Shown: in pieces, positions 24,747 through 34,923 of the stretch
Layout: the number at the start of each line of letters is the position of its first letter
Numbering within the stretch: the first letter of the stretch is position 1
From: Acutalibacteraceae bacterium
GTDB lineage: Bacteria; Bacillota; Clostridia; Oscillospirales; Acutalibacteraceae
Length of the DNA stretch: 64,000 nucleotides
Reading direction: 5' to 3'
Assembly: GCA_051880635.1 (NCBI GenBank)
Contig: JBJEOI010000015.1
Location: 536 to 64,535 of the forward strand
The notes under the pieces: model-generated
What the model saw: only the letters and a program-made list of their open reading frames with translations
Databases searched by the model: none
What the model was told of the DNA's origin: nothing
Made by a program: the position numbers and the translations under genes

Positions 24747-26009
24747 TCATTGTCTTTCTTCAATGCACGGCAAGACTGCATTGCCCCAGTCCTTGAACCA
24801 GTGTTTGAGCTTTATTGATTTATCGCTGTGCGTGACCGTAAAGCGCAGTGCGCTGCATCTGTCATAAAACATAACATTGCCCGATTGATCCTCATCATAC
24901 AAAATGATATCGGCAGTATATTTGCCCGGAACAAAATATGAAGTATCCATAATATATTCCGCCTGACAAAGCCCCTCTGTGTGGCTGAGCTCGCCGCCGA
25001 ACACCACACCGACCGGAGTGGCGTCAATACCGTTTATTACCATTTTCATTTTCAGTCGCTCGTCGGCGTTCTGACTGTTCCATGTGATTCTGAACGGGAA
25101 CTTCTCGCCGTAAGCGAAAGAATTATTTTGATTTTCGAGTATTTCAAGGCTTTGAAGTTTGTGTCTTAAATTGCATTTTTTATGGCGGCTGAGCCCGCTT
25201 GTGTCAAAAAATGTTGAAGCGTCATCTTCTTTGAGATTCATATATATCGCTATCGCTTCTTCGGGAGCACCGTCAAAAACGAGCTTTCCGTGTTCAAGAA
25301 CAATACATCTGTCGCAAAGACTTTTGACGGTAGCCATATTATGACTGACATAAAGAATAGTTCTGCCCTCTTTTTCGGCAACCTCTTTCATTCTGTTTAT
25401 GCACTTATTCTGAAAGTTGACGTCACCGACGGCGAGAACCTCGTCCATAATCATTATTTCACTGTCAAGGTGAGAAGCGACCGAAAAGCCGAGCTTGACT
25501 TTCATTCCGCTCGAATATCTTTTTATCGGCGTGTCAATGAACTGAGCTATTTCCGAGAACTCAACGATTTCGTCGTATTTTTTCGAAACCTCTTCCTTGC
25601 TCATACCGAGGATTGCGCCGTTAAGATAGATATTCTCCTTACCCGTCAGCTCATTATGAAAGCCCGTGCCGACTTCGAGCATACTGGTTATTCTGCCGTT
25701 CATATAGATATTGCCCTTTGACGGGGCAGTGACACGGCAAATGAGCTTCAGAAGCGTCGATTTGCCCGCTCCGTTATGACCGATAATGCCGATTCTTTCA
25801 CCCTTTTTTATTTCAAACGAAACATCATCAAGGGCGAGAAATCTTTCGTTTTTTCCGTGTGCCTTTTCACCGATTTTAAGGTTAGGGTCTTCTTTATGCA
25901 TGAGCTTCGCCATTTTTGACTGAAGCTCGCCTTTAAGTGTTGCGCCGCCGATAGTACCGAGGCGGTATTCCTTTGAAACATGTTCTATTTTTAAAGATAA
26001 TTCTTCCAT
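24747..26009 (-). CDS. Glycopolymer ABC exporter ATPase (Wzt/TagH-like) with about 170-aa C-terminal extra domain
   Basis: Walker A 'GHNGAGKST', signature 'YSSGMKVKL', Walker B 'IMIMDEVLAVGD'. Residues from about 250 to 420 form a non-ATPase beta-rich extension in the position of Wzt C-terminal carbohydrate-binding domains. Confidence 0.85.
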   Translation of the reverse strand: MEELSLKIEHVSKEYRLGTIGGATLKGELQSKMAKLMHKEDPNLKIGEKAHGKNERFLALDDVSFEIKKGERIGIIGHNGAGKSTLLKLICRVTAPSKGNIYMNGRITSMLEVGTGFHNELTGKENIYLNGAILGMSKEEVSKKYDEIVEFSEIAQFIDTPIKRYSSGMKVKLGFSVASHLDSEIMIMDEVLAVGDVNFQNKCINRMKEVAEKEGRTILYVSHNMATVKSLCDRCIVLEHGKLVFDGAPEEAIAIYMNLKEDDASTFFDTSGLSRHKKCNLRHKLQSLEILENQNNSFAYGEKFPFRITWNSQNADERLKMKMVINGIDATPVGVVFGGELSHTEGLCQAEYIMDTSYFVPGKYTADIILYDEDQSGNVMFYDRCSALRFTVTHSDKSIKLKHWFKDWGNAVLPCIEERQ

Positions 26010-26018
26010 TTTTCCACC

Positions 26019-26888
26019 TCAGACCGTATCCATGAATGTCTTTTCAACCTTGCTGAACAGAATAACGCCTATTGCGGCAACTGCTATGGTTGTCACCCAG
26101 CTTATTGCGTAATAGAACCAGTCAATTGCGCCTGTCCCGAGATACGCATACCTGAAAGCGTTGACAATGGGTGTAACGGGGTTAAGCATATATAAGCTGT
26201 ATATCGTAGTGCCCGGGTGGAGCGACGAACGGCTGAACATATCGTATGCGATTGGTGAAGCATACTGCCACAGGCTGACACCGAAGCCGACCGCCATTGT
26301 CAGGTCACGGTATTTCGTTGTGAGCGAAGACACGATAACGCCGAAGCCCGTGCCGAGAATTGCCGTCTGAATAAGAAGAACCGGCGTCATAAGCACGAAA
26401 ATATTCGGGTGAACGCCCGCCCCGACTATCAGATAATAGACAAGGAAGCACAGCATAAATACATACTGAATGGCAAAGGTGATAAACTGTGAAATCGCCG
26501 TAGCTATCGGCATCACAAGCCGGGGGAAATAAACCTTGCCCATTATCGCAGAATTAGCGACAAAGGTGCTAGAATTGTTATTAAGGCAATTAGCGAAAAG
26601 AGTCCACATAACATTGCCGCTGAGATAAAAGATAAAATTAGGCACGCCTGCCGCACCGAGACCGGCGACACTGCCGAACACGATTGAAAAGACAACCGTT
26701 GTAAAAAACGGCTGAATTATAGCCCAGGCAGGTCCTAAAATTGTCTGTTTATATTTTGCGACAAACTCTCTTCTGACCCACAAAAATATAAGATCTTTGC
26801 TTTTTTTCAGACCTTTTATGTCCATGTTGAGTTTTTTACTGCCGCCTTTAATAACAACATCCCACTCATTGTCCCTCATGTTAAGCAT
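26019..26888 (-). CDS. ABC-2 type glycopolymer exporter permease (Wzm/TagG-like)
   Basis: 289 aa, 6 TM segments, 'FVAKYKQTILGPAWAIIQPF' N-terminal motif typical of ABC-2 permeases. Adjacent to the ATPase gene. Confidence 0.85.
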   Translation of the reverse strand: MLNMRDNEWDVVIKGGSKKLNMDIKGLKKSKDLIFLWVRREFVAKYKQTILGPAWAIIQPFFTTVVFSIVFGSVAGLGAAGVPNFIFYLSGNVMWTLFANCLNNNSSTFVANSAIMGKVYFPRLVMPIATAISQFITFAIQYVFMLCFLVYYLIVGAGVHPNIFVLMTPVLLIQTAILGTGFGVIVSSLTTKYRDLTMAVGFGVSLWQYASPIAYDMFSRSSLHPGTTIYSLYMLNPVTPIVNAFRYAYLGTGAIDWFYYAISWVTTIAVAAIGVILFSKVEKTFMDTV

Positions 26889-27399
26889 CCATCCTTTTTA
26901 TGATTTTTGCAGGATTTCCCGCAACAATAACTCGGCTTTCCGTAATATCTTTTGTGACAACAGCACCTGCCGCAACAATTACATACTCACCAGTAATATG
27001 AACGCCCGGAAGAATAATGGCGTCCGCACAAATCCAGCAATTATTTCCTATAGTAATACTCTTGTCTGTAAAATGAACTCTCTCTCCTGTTTTTAAAAAA
27101 GCTTCAGCGTCATAGCCTGTTGAAATAAGCTTAGCGCCATATGACAGAGTAACATTGTTCCCTATTGAAATTCCGCTTCTTGCGTTAAGATAAACATTAT
27201 CGTTTATTTTGCAGTTATCGCCAACAATAATTTTCTTTGGAAATACTGCATTAACTCTGCCAAAGATTTCAAGATTTTCTCCGCACCCGCCAAAAGTTGC
27301 CGCAGTTTTTCTTGAAATTCTGTTTTTCTTCCGTTCTAAATAAGCATTATATATTCTGTTTTTTAGTTTTAAAAATTTTCTTTTAAGCTTCATAAGCAA
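26881..27399 (-). CDS. Left-handed beta-helix (hexapeptide) O-acetyltransferase
   Basis: Hexapeptide repeats 'IGNNVTLSYGAKLIS', 'IGNNCWICADAIILPGVHITGEYVIVAAGAVV' and 'VIVAGNPAKII'. Confidence 0.8.
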   Translation of the reverse strand: MLMKLKRKFLKLKNRIYNAYLERKKNRISRKTAATFGGCGENLEIFGRVNAVFPKKIIVGDNCKINDNVYLNARSGISIGNNVTLSYGAKLISTGYDAEAFLKTGERVHFTDKSITIGNNCWICADAIILPGVHITGEYVIVAAGAVVTKDITESRVIVAGNPAKIIKRMDA

Positions 27400-27416
27400 A
27401 TACTGTCATCCTGTAG

Positions 27417-28547
27417 TTATTTTCCCCTTATTTTTCGATAAACAACATCGACATAGCGATTGTTCAAAATCTTTCTGACAACAGGGAGAACATATTTTTC
27501 CCTGAAGTCATAATGTTTCATTACTCTGTAAGCTTTTTTTCCGTCTTTTGTAATGAGTGCACAATAAACAGCATTATAGAATTTATTAAGTTTGTTCGCC
27601 GGAACATTCGTCAGAGCCTTTTGAAGAACCTCGTCTCCGGCAATTTCGTCAAGTCTTGCTGTCTTTTCTTTTCTTTTTTGTTTTGATATGTAGTATTCAT
27701 TTCTGACACCGCTTGCGGCAAAGAAGAAAGTGCACAAATCCATGTTATATGATAAATCCTGCTTTTTATAATTCCCGACATCTTCATAAAGGCGGTCTAT
27801 AAGCGGTCTATAAAGCGGCCAGAAATTCTTTGTGTAGCCTCTTGAAAGAGACTCTCCGTTATTGACGGTTCTGTTGTGATAAAGATATTCATCACACATT
27901 GAAACATATCTTTGCGCGAAAAGCGCAGTTTCAAATGTCAACTGCAAATCCTGACTTCTTCTGAAACGCCTGTCAAATGCAATTTCATACTTTTTTATCA
28001 AATCCATGCTGTAAATGCGTGAGCAGTTTGACCAGCGGATAACAGAGTTTGAACCTTTTTCTGTCAAGCCGCCAAGTGAGCGTGGAAGAATTTCTTTTTC
28101 AATTCTTTCTCTGTCATAAACGCCAGGTTCAAGATAGACGGGATTCTTTTCGTTTTCGTCAGCGAAGATTCCGCAGAAAACAACATCGGCGTTTTCTTTT
28201 TTTGCGGCATTATACATTCTCTCATACATATCCGGTTCAATCCAGTCGTCTGAATCGACAAAACCGACAAATTCGCCGTGCGCCCTCTCCATACCGTCCT
28301 GACGGGCTGCGGCAAGACCTTCATTTTCTTTATAATAATAAATAATTCTCGGGTCTTTTTCTTTATATTCAAGACATATTTCAGCCGAGCCGTCTTTTGA
28401 GCCGTCATTAATTAGTATTATTTCTATATTTTTCAGTGTCTGACAAACAACGCTGTCAAGACATTTTCTCAAGTCTTTTTCTGCATTATAAACGGGCACA
28501 ACAACGCTGACCGCAATTTCGTGATTTATCTCATTTTTATATAACAT
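27417..28547 (-). CDS. GT2-family glycosyltransferase
   Basis: 'VSVVVPVYNAEKDLRKCLDSVVCQTLKNIEIILINDGSKDGS' and a 'DSDD' DxD motif. Confidence 0.85.
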   Translation of the reverse strand: MLYKNEINHEIAVSVVVPVYNAEKDLRKCLDSVVCQTLKNIEIILINDGSKDGSAEICLEYKEKDPRIIYYYKENEGLAAARQDGMERAHGEFVGFVDSDDWIEPDMYERMYNAAKKENADVVFCGIFADENEKNPVYLEPGVYDRERIEKEILPRSLGGLTEKGSNSVIRWSNCSRIYSMDLIKKYEIAFDRRFRRSQDLQLTFETALFAQRYVSMCDEYLYHNRTVNNGESLSRGYTKNFWPLYRPLIDRLYEDVGNYKKQDLSYNMDLCTFFFAASGVRNEYYISKQKRKEKTARLDEIAGDEVLQKALTNVPANKLNKFYNAVYCALITKDGKKAYRVMKHYDFREKYVLPVVRKILNNRYVDVVYRKIRGK

Positions 28548-28550
28548 TTT

Positions 28551-29570
28551 TTATCCCTTTCTTCTTTTCAAAAATATTTTAATCAGCTCCGGATAATATT
28601 TCAACGGTAAGGTTTTAAGCCTCTTGATTTTTTCTTTCAATGAGCACCCTTTCAGACCGAAATAAACTGTCTCAGCCCATTTTTTGTATAATATGCTTTC
28701 TAATTTAATCTGATTATATGCTTTTATTTGATTGTTTGCGGTAATGATTTTTTTAATCCAATTAAGATAACCTATGTCGTAATTGTGTCTTCTGCTCAGA
28801 AAATGTGCATGATATTTTTCATTATCATCAGATAATGTCAATCCAATACACTCCAATTGCTCTCGCATAATATTAATTGCACATTCATTCTGAATTTCTT
28901 TTTTTGATGTCGAAATAGTCCCCTGCCTAATTCTAATATTCATCAAAACTTCCGGAATAATTGCACATTCTGTATACTTACTACATTCAACCCACATTCT
29001 GTAATCCTGAGCGTAAATATATTGTTCTTTATAAACAACCTGATATTTATTTAATAAGATATTATTAAACATCGCACTTGAGTGAACTATATTCGGAAAA
29101 TTACCAAACATAAGAAATATTCTGAATGTTTCTCTGTCCGGTATTTCTCTGCAAATTGTTTCGTGTGTATATCTCTCCTCTTTCCACTCTCCGAAAAATT
29201 TCGCCCATGTGCCGCATACGATGACCTCTTCATGTTCGCTGAGAAAATCAACCTGCTTCTGAAATCTCTGAGGCTCACTTATGTCGTCCGAATCCATTCT
29301 GGCAATAAATTCACCTTTGGCAACATTCAGAGCTTTGTTAAGAGATTTAGTCAATCCAATATTTTCAGTGTTGCGTAAAACCTTTATTCTTGTGTCATGA
29401 TATGATTCAATCACTGACAGGGAATCATCTGAAGAACAATCATCAACAATAATAAACTCAAAATTTGAATATGTTTGATTAAGAATACTGTCAATAGCTT
29501 CTCTTAAATATTCCTCGGGCGTATTGTAATTTGTCATTATTACAGATATTAAGCCTTTTTCAATCTCCAT
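28551..29570 (-). CDS. GT2-family glycosyltransferase
   Basis: 'ISVIMTNYNTPEEYLREAIDSILNQTYSNFEFIIVDDCSSDDS' and 'MDSDD'. Confidence 0.85.
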   Translation of the reverse strand: MEIEKGLISVIMTNYNTPEEYLREAIDSILNQTYSNFEFIIVDDCSSDDSLSVIESYHDTRIKVLRNTENIGLTKSLNKALNVAKGEFIARMDSDDISEPQRFQKQVDFLSEHEEVIVCGTWAKFFGEWKEERYTHETICREIPDRETFRIFLMFGNFPNIVHSSAMFNNILLNKYQVVYKEQYIYAQDYRMWVECSKYTECAIIPEVLMNIRIRQGTISTSKKEIQNECAINIMREQLECIGLTLSDDNEKYHAHFLSRRHNYDIGYLNWIKKIITANNQIKAYNQIKLESILYKKWAETVYFGLKGCSLKEKIKRLKTLPLKYYPELIKIFLKRRKG

Positions 29571-29586
29571 ATTAGCATTTCCTTTT

Positions 29587-30642
29587 TTATTTAATCAATC
29601 TGCGCTTAAAAGCCCGCAGTGTTTTATATAAATTCTTATTCATGAAATACAGTCTTATTGAAAAATATTTTTCTCTTAAAATCATGTACCAAAGTTTCTT
29701 TTTTTTAGAACTTATATAGCAATTATTATTAATTCTGTTTTCATCTATCTCGTTTGGCAGAAAATCAGACCACTTATATCTGATGACTGATTTTCTATCG
29801 CTTCTTTTAACGTTGAAATAGAACAAATCCATAACATAAAGCGGATAGTCAGCCCATTTTGAAACAAGTTTTTCTTCAAACTCGCTGTCACCCATGTTCC
29901 AAGTTTTCAGCAGATTTTTTTCTTCATTATAAAGAACTTTAATATTAAATCGTGAAATAGTCTCACACGAATAATCCCTTGTTGTACTGCCATCAAAAAG
30001 ACGGTATTGATATAAAGGTTCATTCGTATAGACGATACGTTTTGAATTAACAAGCATTTTCATAGACTGAAATCTGTCTTCCGAACATCTGAGTTGCTTA
30101 TAAGCGGAAAAATCATCAATACTCGAAACAGCGATATCTCTTCTTACCGCTTTTAAACACACACTATTCAGAAGAATACCATATAAAAACTCAGTATGAA
30201 TTCTTTTCAACAATTCACCTTCATACAGTACGGTATCATCAACTATGGTTTTTGATTTTTCAAGCAAACCGTTTCGGTTATAATAAAATGAAAAAACAAT
30301 CATATCAGGACTGTTATATTCAGTTATCAGTTCATTTAATTTTTCAAGTGTGCCGTGAATATATATGTCATCTGCATCAAGGAAAAGACAATAGTCGCCT
30401 GATGAAGCCTTAATTGCGTTGCAACGGCTTAGAAGCTGACCGCTGTTTTTCTGATGAATAACTTTTATTATATCAGGGTATTCTGCCTCCAGCTTATCGC
30501 ATAATTCAGCACTTTTGTCAACAGAGCCGTCGTCCACAAGGACTATTTCAAAGTCTTTATAGGTCTGTTCAAAAACGGAATTCACCGCATCACAAATATA
30601 TTTTTCACAGTTATAAACCGGGATAAGAACACTGAATTTCAC
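29587..30642 (-). CDS. GT2-family glycosyltransferase
   Basis: 'FSVLIPVYNCEKYICDAVNSVFEQTYKDFEIVLVDDGSVDKS' and 'LDADD'. Start assigned to GTG 30642, which has a GGGAGG SD 9 nt upstream and a GTGA overlap with the upstream stop. The ATG at 30672 is the alternative. Confidence 0.8.
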   Translation of the reverse strand: MKFSVLIPVYNCEKYICDAVNSVFEQTYKDFEIVLVDDGSVDKSAELCDKLEAEYPDIIKVIHQKNSGQLLSRCNAIKASSGDYCLFLDADDIYIHGTLEKLNELITEYNSPDMIVFSFYYNRNGLLEKSKTIVDDTVLYEGELLKRIHTEFLYGILLNSVCLKAVRRDIAVSSIDDFSAYKQLRCSEDRFQSMKMLVNSKRIVYTNEPLYQYRLFDGSTTRDYSCETISRFNIKVLYNEEKNLLKTWNMGDSEFEEKLVSKWADYPLYVMDLFYFNVKRSDRKSVIRYKWSDFLPNEIDENRINNNCYISSKKKKLWYMILREKYFSIRLYFMNKNLYKTLRAFKRRLIK

Positions 30643-31820
30643 GCTTTCTGTCCTCCCAAAATATCTTCCCACTGCTTTTTATATCTTTCTTTTTCAATAT
30701 CATAATCAATCTTGCTTAAATTCTCAGTTATTTTTTGACAAAGTTCAGGATTGGTTATAAGCTTCATTATACCCTCGGCAAGCCCTTCGGCTGAAATATC
30801 GGTTATTACACCTGTTTCACCGTCTTTAACAAGGTACTTTCCGCCGACTGTTTTTGTGGAAACAACCGGTCTGCAAAGTATCTGCGCCTCAGCAATTGTC
30901 AAGCCGTAGGCTTCCTCATAAGAAGGCTGTATATAAATATCACAGGCTTTTATCAGCGGATACGGGTTATCTTTCATACCTGTAATTGTGATGCACTCTG
31001 AGAGTGAATTTTCAACTATCATTTTTTCAAGCAGTTCTCTTTCAGGTCCGTCACCGATGAAATACCATGTAAATCTTATGTGGTTATTTTTCAATATTTT
31101 AGCCGCTTCAACCGCTAAATCAAAGCCTTTCACGGGTGAAAGCCGCCCGCAGGTGCACAGAATATTCTTTCCGCTCGGTGTATAAGGCTCTTTTGACCCG
31201 GACTTCGCAATAACAAAATCCGAATCAACATAGTTATACATCACTTCAATCTTATCTGAATAATTCGGATAAAAGTTTTGAAGAATTGATTTTATATTAT
31301 CGCCAACAGCAATAATCTTATCGAATTTATCGAATATTCTTTCATGAAACTCGTGCGCTTCATCGGTACTTGAATGATAGAATATATATTTTATGTCTGC
31401 GTCGATACCGTCAGCTGCAATATCTGCCGTATATCCTTGTTTGTAGGCTATTGCCACATCATAATGTTCATTTTCAAAGAAACGCTTTTTTTCATATTCG
31501 AGCATATCAAGGCGTATTCTCTCAGACAACTTTTTTTCAATTTCAAAAGCTCTGCCTGTTTTACCTATCATCTTAAAAAAAGAAATCATCAATAAATACA
31601 TTAAAGCGTACGCTTTTCGATAATAATGCGTTTTATCGTCATTTACGATTACTTTAACTCGTTTATCAACCTCCGGCAGGATATCAAGTCTGTTTTTACG
31701 GATATATACGGTAACATCATATTTGCTATAATCTATGAAACGAAGCGCCGTAATGAAAGATTTTTGTGCTCCGCCTATAGTCAGATGATGAACGATAAAA
31801 AGCACCTTTTTCTTTTCCAT
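30639..31820 (-). CDS. GT4-family glycosyltransferase
   Basis: C-terminal 'YIQPSYEEAYGLTIAEAQILCRPVVSTKTVGG' is an EX7E-type GT4 motif. Start at Met7 (31820) overlaps the upstream TAA by 1 nt. Confidence 0.85.
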   Translation of the reverse strand: MEKKKVLFIVHHLTIGGAQKSFITALRFIDYSKYDVTVYIRKNRLDILPEVDKRVKVIVNDDKTHYYRKAYALMYLLMISFFKMIGKTGRAFEIEKKLSERIRLDMLEYEKKRFFENEHYDVAIAYKQGYTADIAADGIDADIKYIFYHSSTDEAHEFHERIFDKFDKIIAVGDNIKSILQNFYPNYSDKIEVMYNYVDSDFVIAKSGSKEPYTPSGKNILCTCGRLSPVKGFDLAVEAAKILKNNHIRFTWYFIGDGPERELLEKMIVENSLSECITITGMKDNPYPLIKACDIYIQPSYEEAYGLTIAEAQILCRPVVSTKTVGGKYLVKDGETGVITDISAEGLAEGIMKLITNPELCQKITENLSKIDYDIEKERYKKQWEDILGGQKA

Positions 31821-33013
31821 TACAACAACTCCATCCATTTTCCGGCGATACTTTCAAGTGATAATTCGTGTCTGATTTTTTCCGCTTCAAAAGACAGCTT
31901 TTCCGAGAGTCCGTCTTCTTCAATAAGGCGTTTCATTGCTTTATAAAGGCTGTCAACATCACCGACAGGGACAAGTAATCCGTTTTCGCCGTCAGTGATT
32001 GTTGCCCTTGCGCCGCCAATGGGGCAATCCGTACAGACTACGGGCATACCTATCGCCATTGCCTCGAGCATTGCGTTGGAAATTCCCTCATAATCTGACG
32101 AGTTGACATACATAGCGTCACCGATTATCATTTCGTGAACGTTTGAACTGAACGGTTCAAAAACAACGCAGTCTGAAAGGTCGTTGCTTTTTATGTAATC
32201 GTGAAGCTGTTTTTCTATCGCTCTGCCCTCTTCATTGACTGCGTCGCCGATAATTCTGAGAATATAATCGGGGTGCTTCTTATGGAGACGATTAAACGCT
32301 TCAAACAGAAGCGGAAGATTTTTCTGTGCAGAAATACGGCAGAAAGTAGTTATATATTTATTTCTGCTGCTATGGTATGCGCTTGGTAAATCGGGCTTTA
32401 TCGGGTTTGAAATAACGCTTCCTTTTTCGCTCACGCAGTCAGGATATGTCTGCATTGCCGCCGGGGTCTGAAAAACAGCGGCGTCGGCTCGGGTGTAGTA
32501 TTTCTCAATAAACTTTCGCCCGTAGCGGTGTTTCATAAGTCGGTTCGGGTCAGCCCGCTCAGAAATAATGATTCTGTTGGGCAAATCATGCGCAGCAATA
32601 AGCACAATAGGAATAGCGGGCTGCGAAAATGCGATAACAGTCGTTTCAGGCTTGTCGGCAAGTATCTGGCGGACTGCTTCAATTTCGTTCTTATATAAGC
32701 TCACGAAAGATAAATGCGCAATTCGTGCAGGTACGGCATGACCTGTATTTTCAAAAATGTGAGAAACCGCCGAAGCTAAAAAATGAACAGCTTTAAACAT
32801 ATTCTTTTTACATTTTTCCTGAACAAGCGTTAAGGGTATCTCCGGCTTAAGATCACGGTTAATCACTTCTTCACGCTTTGAACTTGTCAGCAAAAAACTT
32901 GACTCATAGCCGTTATTATGAAATTCGTTAAGCAGCATTGCCGCTACGCGCTCTGCTCCTCCGCCAACCATATGCGGTAGCACCATCATCACTTTTTTGT
33001 CTTTTTCAGGCAT
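31820..33013 (-). CDS. GT4-family glycosyltransferase
   Basis: 'MVLPHMVGGGAERV' and 'YVNSSDYEGISNAMLEAMAIGMPVVCTDCPIGG'. Confidence 0.85.
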   Translation of the reverse strand: MPEKDKKVMMVLPHMVGGGAERVAAMLLNEFHNNGYESSFLLTSSKREEVINRDLKPEIPLTLVQEKCKKNMFKAVHFLASAVSHIFENTGHAVPARIAHLSFVSLYKNEIEAVRQILADKPETTVIAFSQPAIPIVLIAAHDLPNRIIISERADPNRLMKHRYGRKFIEKYYTRADAAVFQTPAAMQTYPDCVSEKGSVISNPIKPDLPSAYHSSRNKYITTFCRISAQKNLPLLFEAFNRLHKKHPDYILRIIGDAVNEEGRAIEKQLHDYIKSNDLSDCVVFEPFSSNVHEMIIGDAMYVNSSDYEGISNAMLEAMAIGMPVVCTDCPIGGARATITDGENGLLVPVGDVDSLYKAMKRLIEEDGLSEKLSFEAEKIRHELSLESIAGKWMELL

Positions 33014-33015
33014 AA

Positions 33016-33990
33016 TTATTTTACCTCTGTCTTATTGAACAGCTTTTCTGTTATTTTATACATTATCCAAAACATTTTTCCGTGACATGAGGCTTTGAGG
33101 CTTCTGTCACCAAATGATTTGTTCTCCATAATATTCTTTTTAAGCTCTCTGTATTCTTTTCTGTGTTTCTTCTTATCATAAACACTTAGCGCTCTGTAAT
33201 TGTTCACTGCGTTGAAAGCAATTCTTGAAAGATATTTTTCAGTGGCGATACTATCAGAAACATCAAAGCTGAAAACGACAACTTCATAGTATGCTCTGAC
33301 TGCGCTGATAAAGTTTTTTTCTGTTTTCTTTGACGTCATTACGGAATTATCTCTGTAACGCCTGTAATAGAGATATTCATTGACATGAACCGCTTTTTCC
33401 GCAAGAGAATAGACCTGAAACGAGAAAATACAGTCTTCATACATGATTCCTTCAACAAATCTCAGTTTATTCTTTTTAAGAAAGGCTCTTTTATAAAGAA
33501 GCATCCAAACTGCAACATGAAATTCCTTATACTTAACCATTTCGCTAAAAAAAGACTTTGCACTGCCTGAGCCGTAATCTCGGTGATAGCCGTAATTTGA
33601 TTTGTTTATCCTTTCGGTGTCTTCGTCTATAGCATAGGCTTGACAAAAAGCAATATCGCAGTCATTTTCCGTTATAGCTGTCAGAAGCTTTTCAAGAGCC
33701 GTATTTTCTATTCTGTCATCACTGTCAAGAAAAAATATATATTCTCCGTTTGCTGAGTCCATACCGACGTTTCTTGCCGAAGAAGCTCCGCCATTTTCTT
33801 TGTGAATAACTCTTATTCTGCTGTCCGACGACGCATACTTATCACATATTTCACCCGATTTATCTTTTGAGCCGTCGTCAACAAGAATAATTTCAAGGTT
33901 CTGATATGTCTGATGAAGAACGCTGTCAACACACTCGCTCAGATATTTTTCAACATTATACACGGGAATTATTACACTGACTTTTTTCAT
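33016..33990 (-). CDS. GT2-family glycosyltransferase
   Basis: 'VSVIIPVYNVEKYLSECVDSVLHQTYQNLEIILVDDGSKDKS' and 'LDSDD'. Start at Met15 (33990), 1 nt after the upstream stop. Confidence 0.85.
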   Translation of the reverse strand: MKKVSVIIPVYNVEKYLSECVDSVLHQTYQNLEIILVDDGSKDKSGEICDKYASSDSRIRVIHKENGGASSARNVGMDSANGEYIFFLDSDDRIENTALEKLLTAITENDCDIAFCQAYAIDEDTERINKSNYGYHRDYGSGSAKSFFSEMVKYKEFHVAVWMLLYKRAFLKKNKLRFVEGIMYEDCIFSFQVYSLAEKAVHVNEYLYYRRYRDNSVMTSKKTEKNFISAVRAYYEVVVFSFDVSDSIATEKYLSRIAFNAVNNYRALSVYDKKKHRKEYRELKKNIMENKSFGDRSLKASCHGKMFWIMYKITEKLFNKTEVK

Positions 33991-33991
33991 T

Positions 33992-34912
33992 TTATTTTTC
34001 CTTATGGCATATGTATTCAGCGGCAAGCGCACGCTTTATATCAGACATAAAGCCGCCTGAATAATGCTTTTTCATTGCTTTTTCTATTCTTTTGTCCGGG
34101 GCGATAAACTCCGTTTTCGGGCTTGCTATCGCCTTTGAAAGATCAACCTTCATTTTCTCGGCGTCTTGCGCCCTGCTGTGGACTCCCGTCTCGTCACAGC
34201 CGATATTCTGAATATATGAATACCTCGGATAAACGGTGAGCATATCGTTTTTAACAAGGTGAAGCCCGAAACGGACAGACCACGACGTGCCGTTCCCCTT
34301 TGTCTGACGGTAGAGACGCATAAATCTGTCAGAACCCGAGGAGTTGAATTTTTTTATCATCTCTCTGTTTTGGTAAAAACTCTGTATATCTTTCAGCTCC
34401 CAGTCAACATTTTCAAAGCGGTCTTTCCATGTTGCCCAGCCCCAACTGCATGAACGATATGAAGTGAATATATCTTCTTTATAATCGTCGGGGAAAATAA
34501 TCTCCGGAGTAAAGCCTGCAACCGAACCTATTCTCTTGTCATTTTCGAAAGTGTCAAGCGCTTTATTCATATATTTCAGCAGAAAAGGTGAAGCCTGACA
34601 GTCATCTTCGACAACTATCGCCCTGCCGTATTTATTTATAACCTCCATAACGCCTGATATGACAGAAGCGGCAAGACCTTTATTTTTTTCACTCTCAACT
34701 ATTGTTACAGATTTAAAGCTGTTGTCTGACTTTATCTCTCTGAGCTTTTGCCTGACTTCATTAACAGCCGCTTCAGAGCTTTCATTTTTGGCTCCGTCAG
34801 AAAAAATATATAAATCAGACTCAATTGCCTCTTTGCAAAGAGACAGTGCTTTATACGTTTTTTCAAAATGGTCGGCACGGTTATAGACGAAAATTATTAT
34901 GGGTGAATACAT
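33992..34912 (-). CDS. Putative glycosyltransferase (GT-A fold, family unassigned)
   Basis: 'PIIIFVYNRADHFEKTYKALS' and 'IVVEDDCQASPFLLKYM' (DxD-like) resemble small GT-A enzymes in capsule loci. Assignment is weaker than for the neighbouring GTs. Confidence 0.55.
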   Translation of the reverse strand: MYSPIIIFVYNRADHFEKTYKALSLCKEAIESDLYIFSDGAKNESSEAAVNEVRQKLREIKSDNSFKSVTIVESEKNKGLAASVISGVMEVINKYGRAIVVEDDCQASPFLLKYMNKALDTFENDKRIGSVAGFTPEIIFPDDYKEDIFTSYRSCSWGWATWKDRFENVDWELKDIQSFYQNREMIKKFNSSGSDRFMRLYRQTKGNGTSWSVRFGLHLVKNDMLTVYPRYSYIQNIGCDETGVHSRAQDAEKMKVDLSKAIASPKTEFIAPDKRIEKAMKKHYSGGFMSDIKRALAAEYICHKEK

Positions 34913-34923
34913 AGTTTTTCCTC

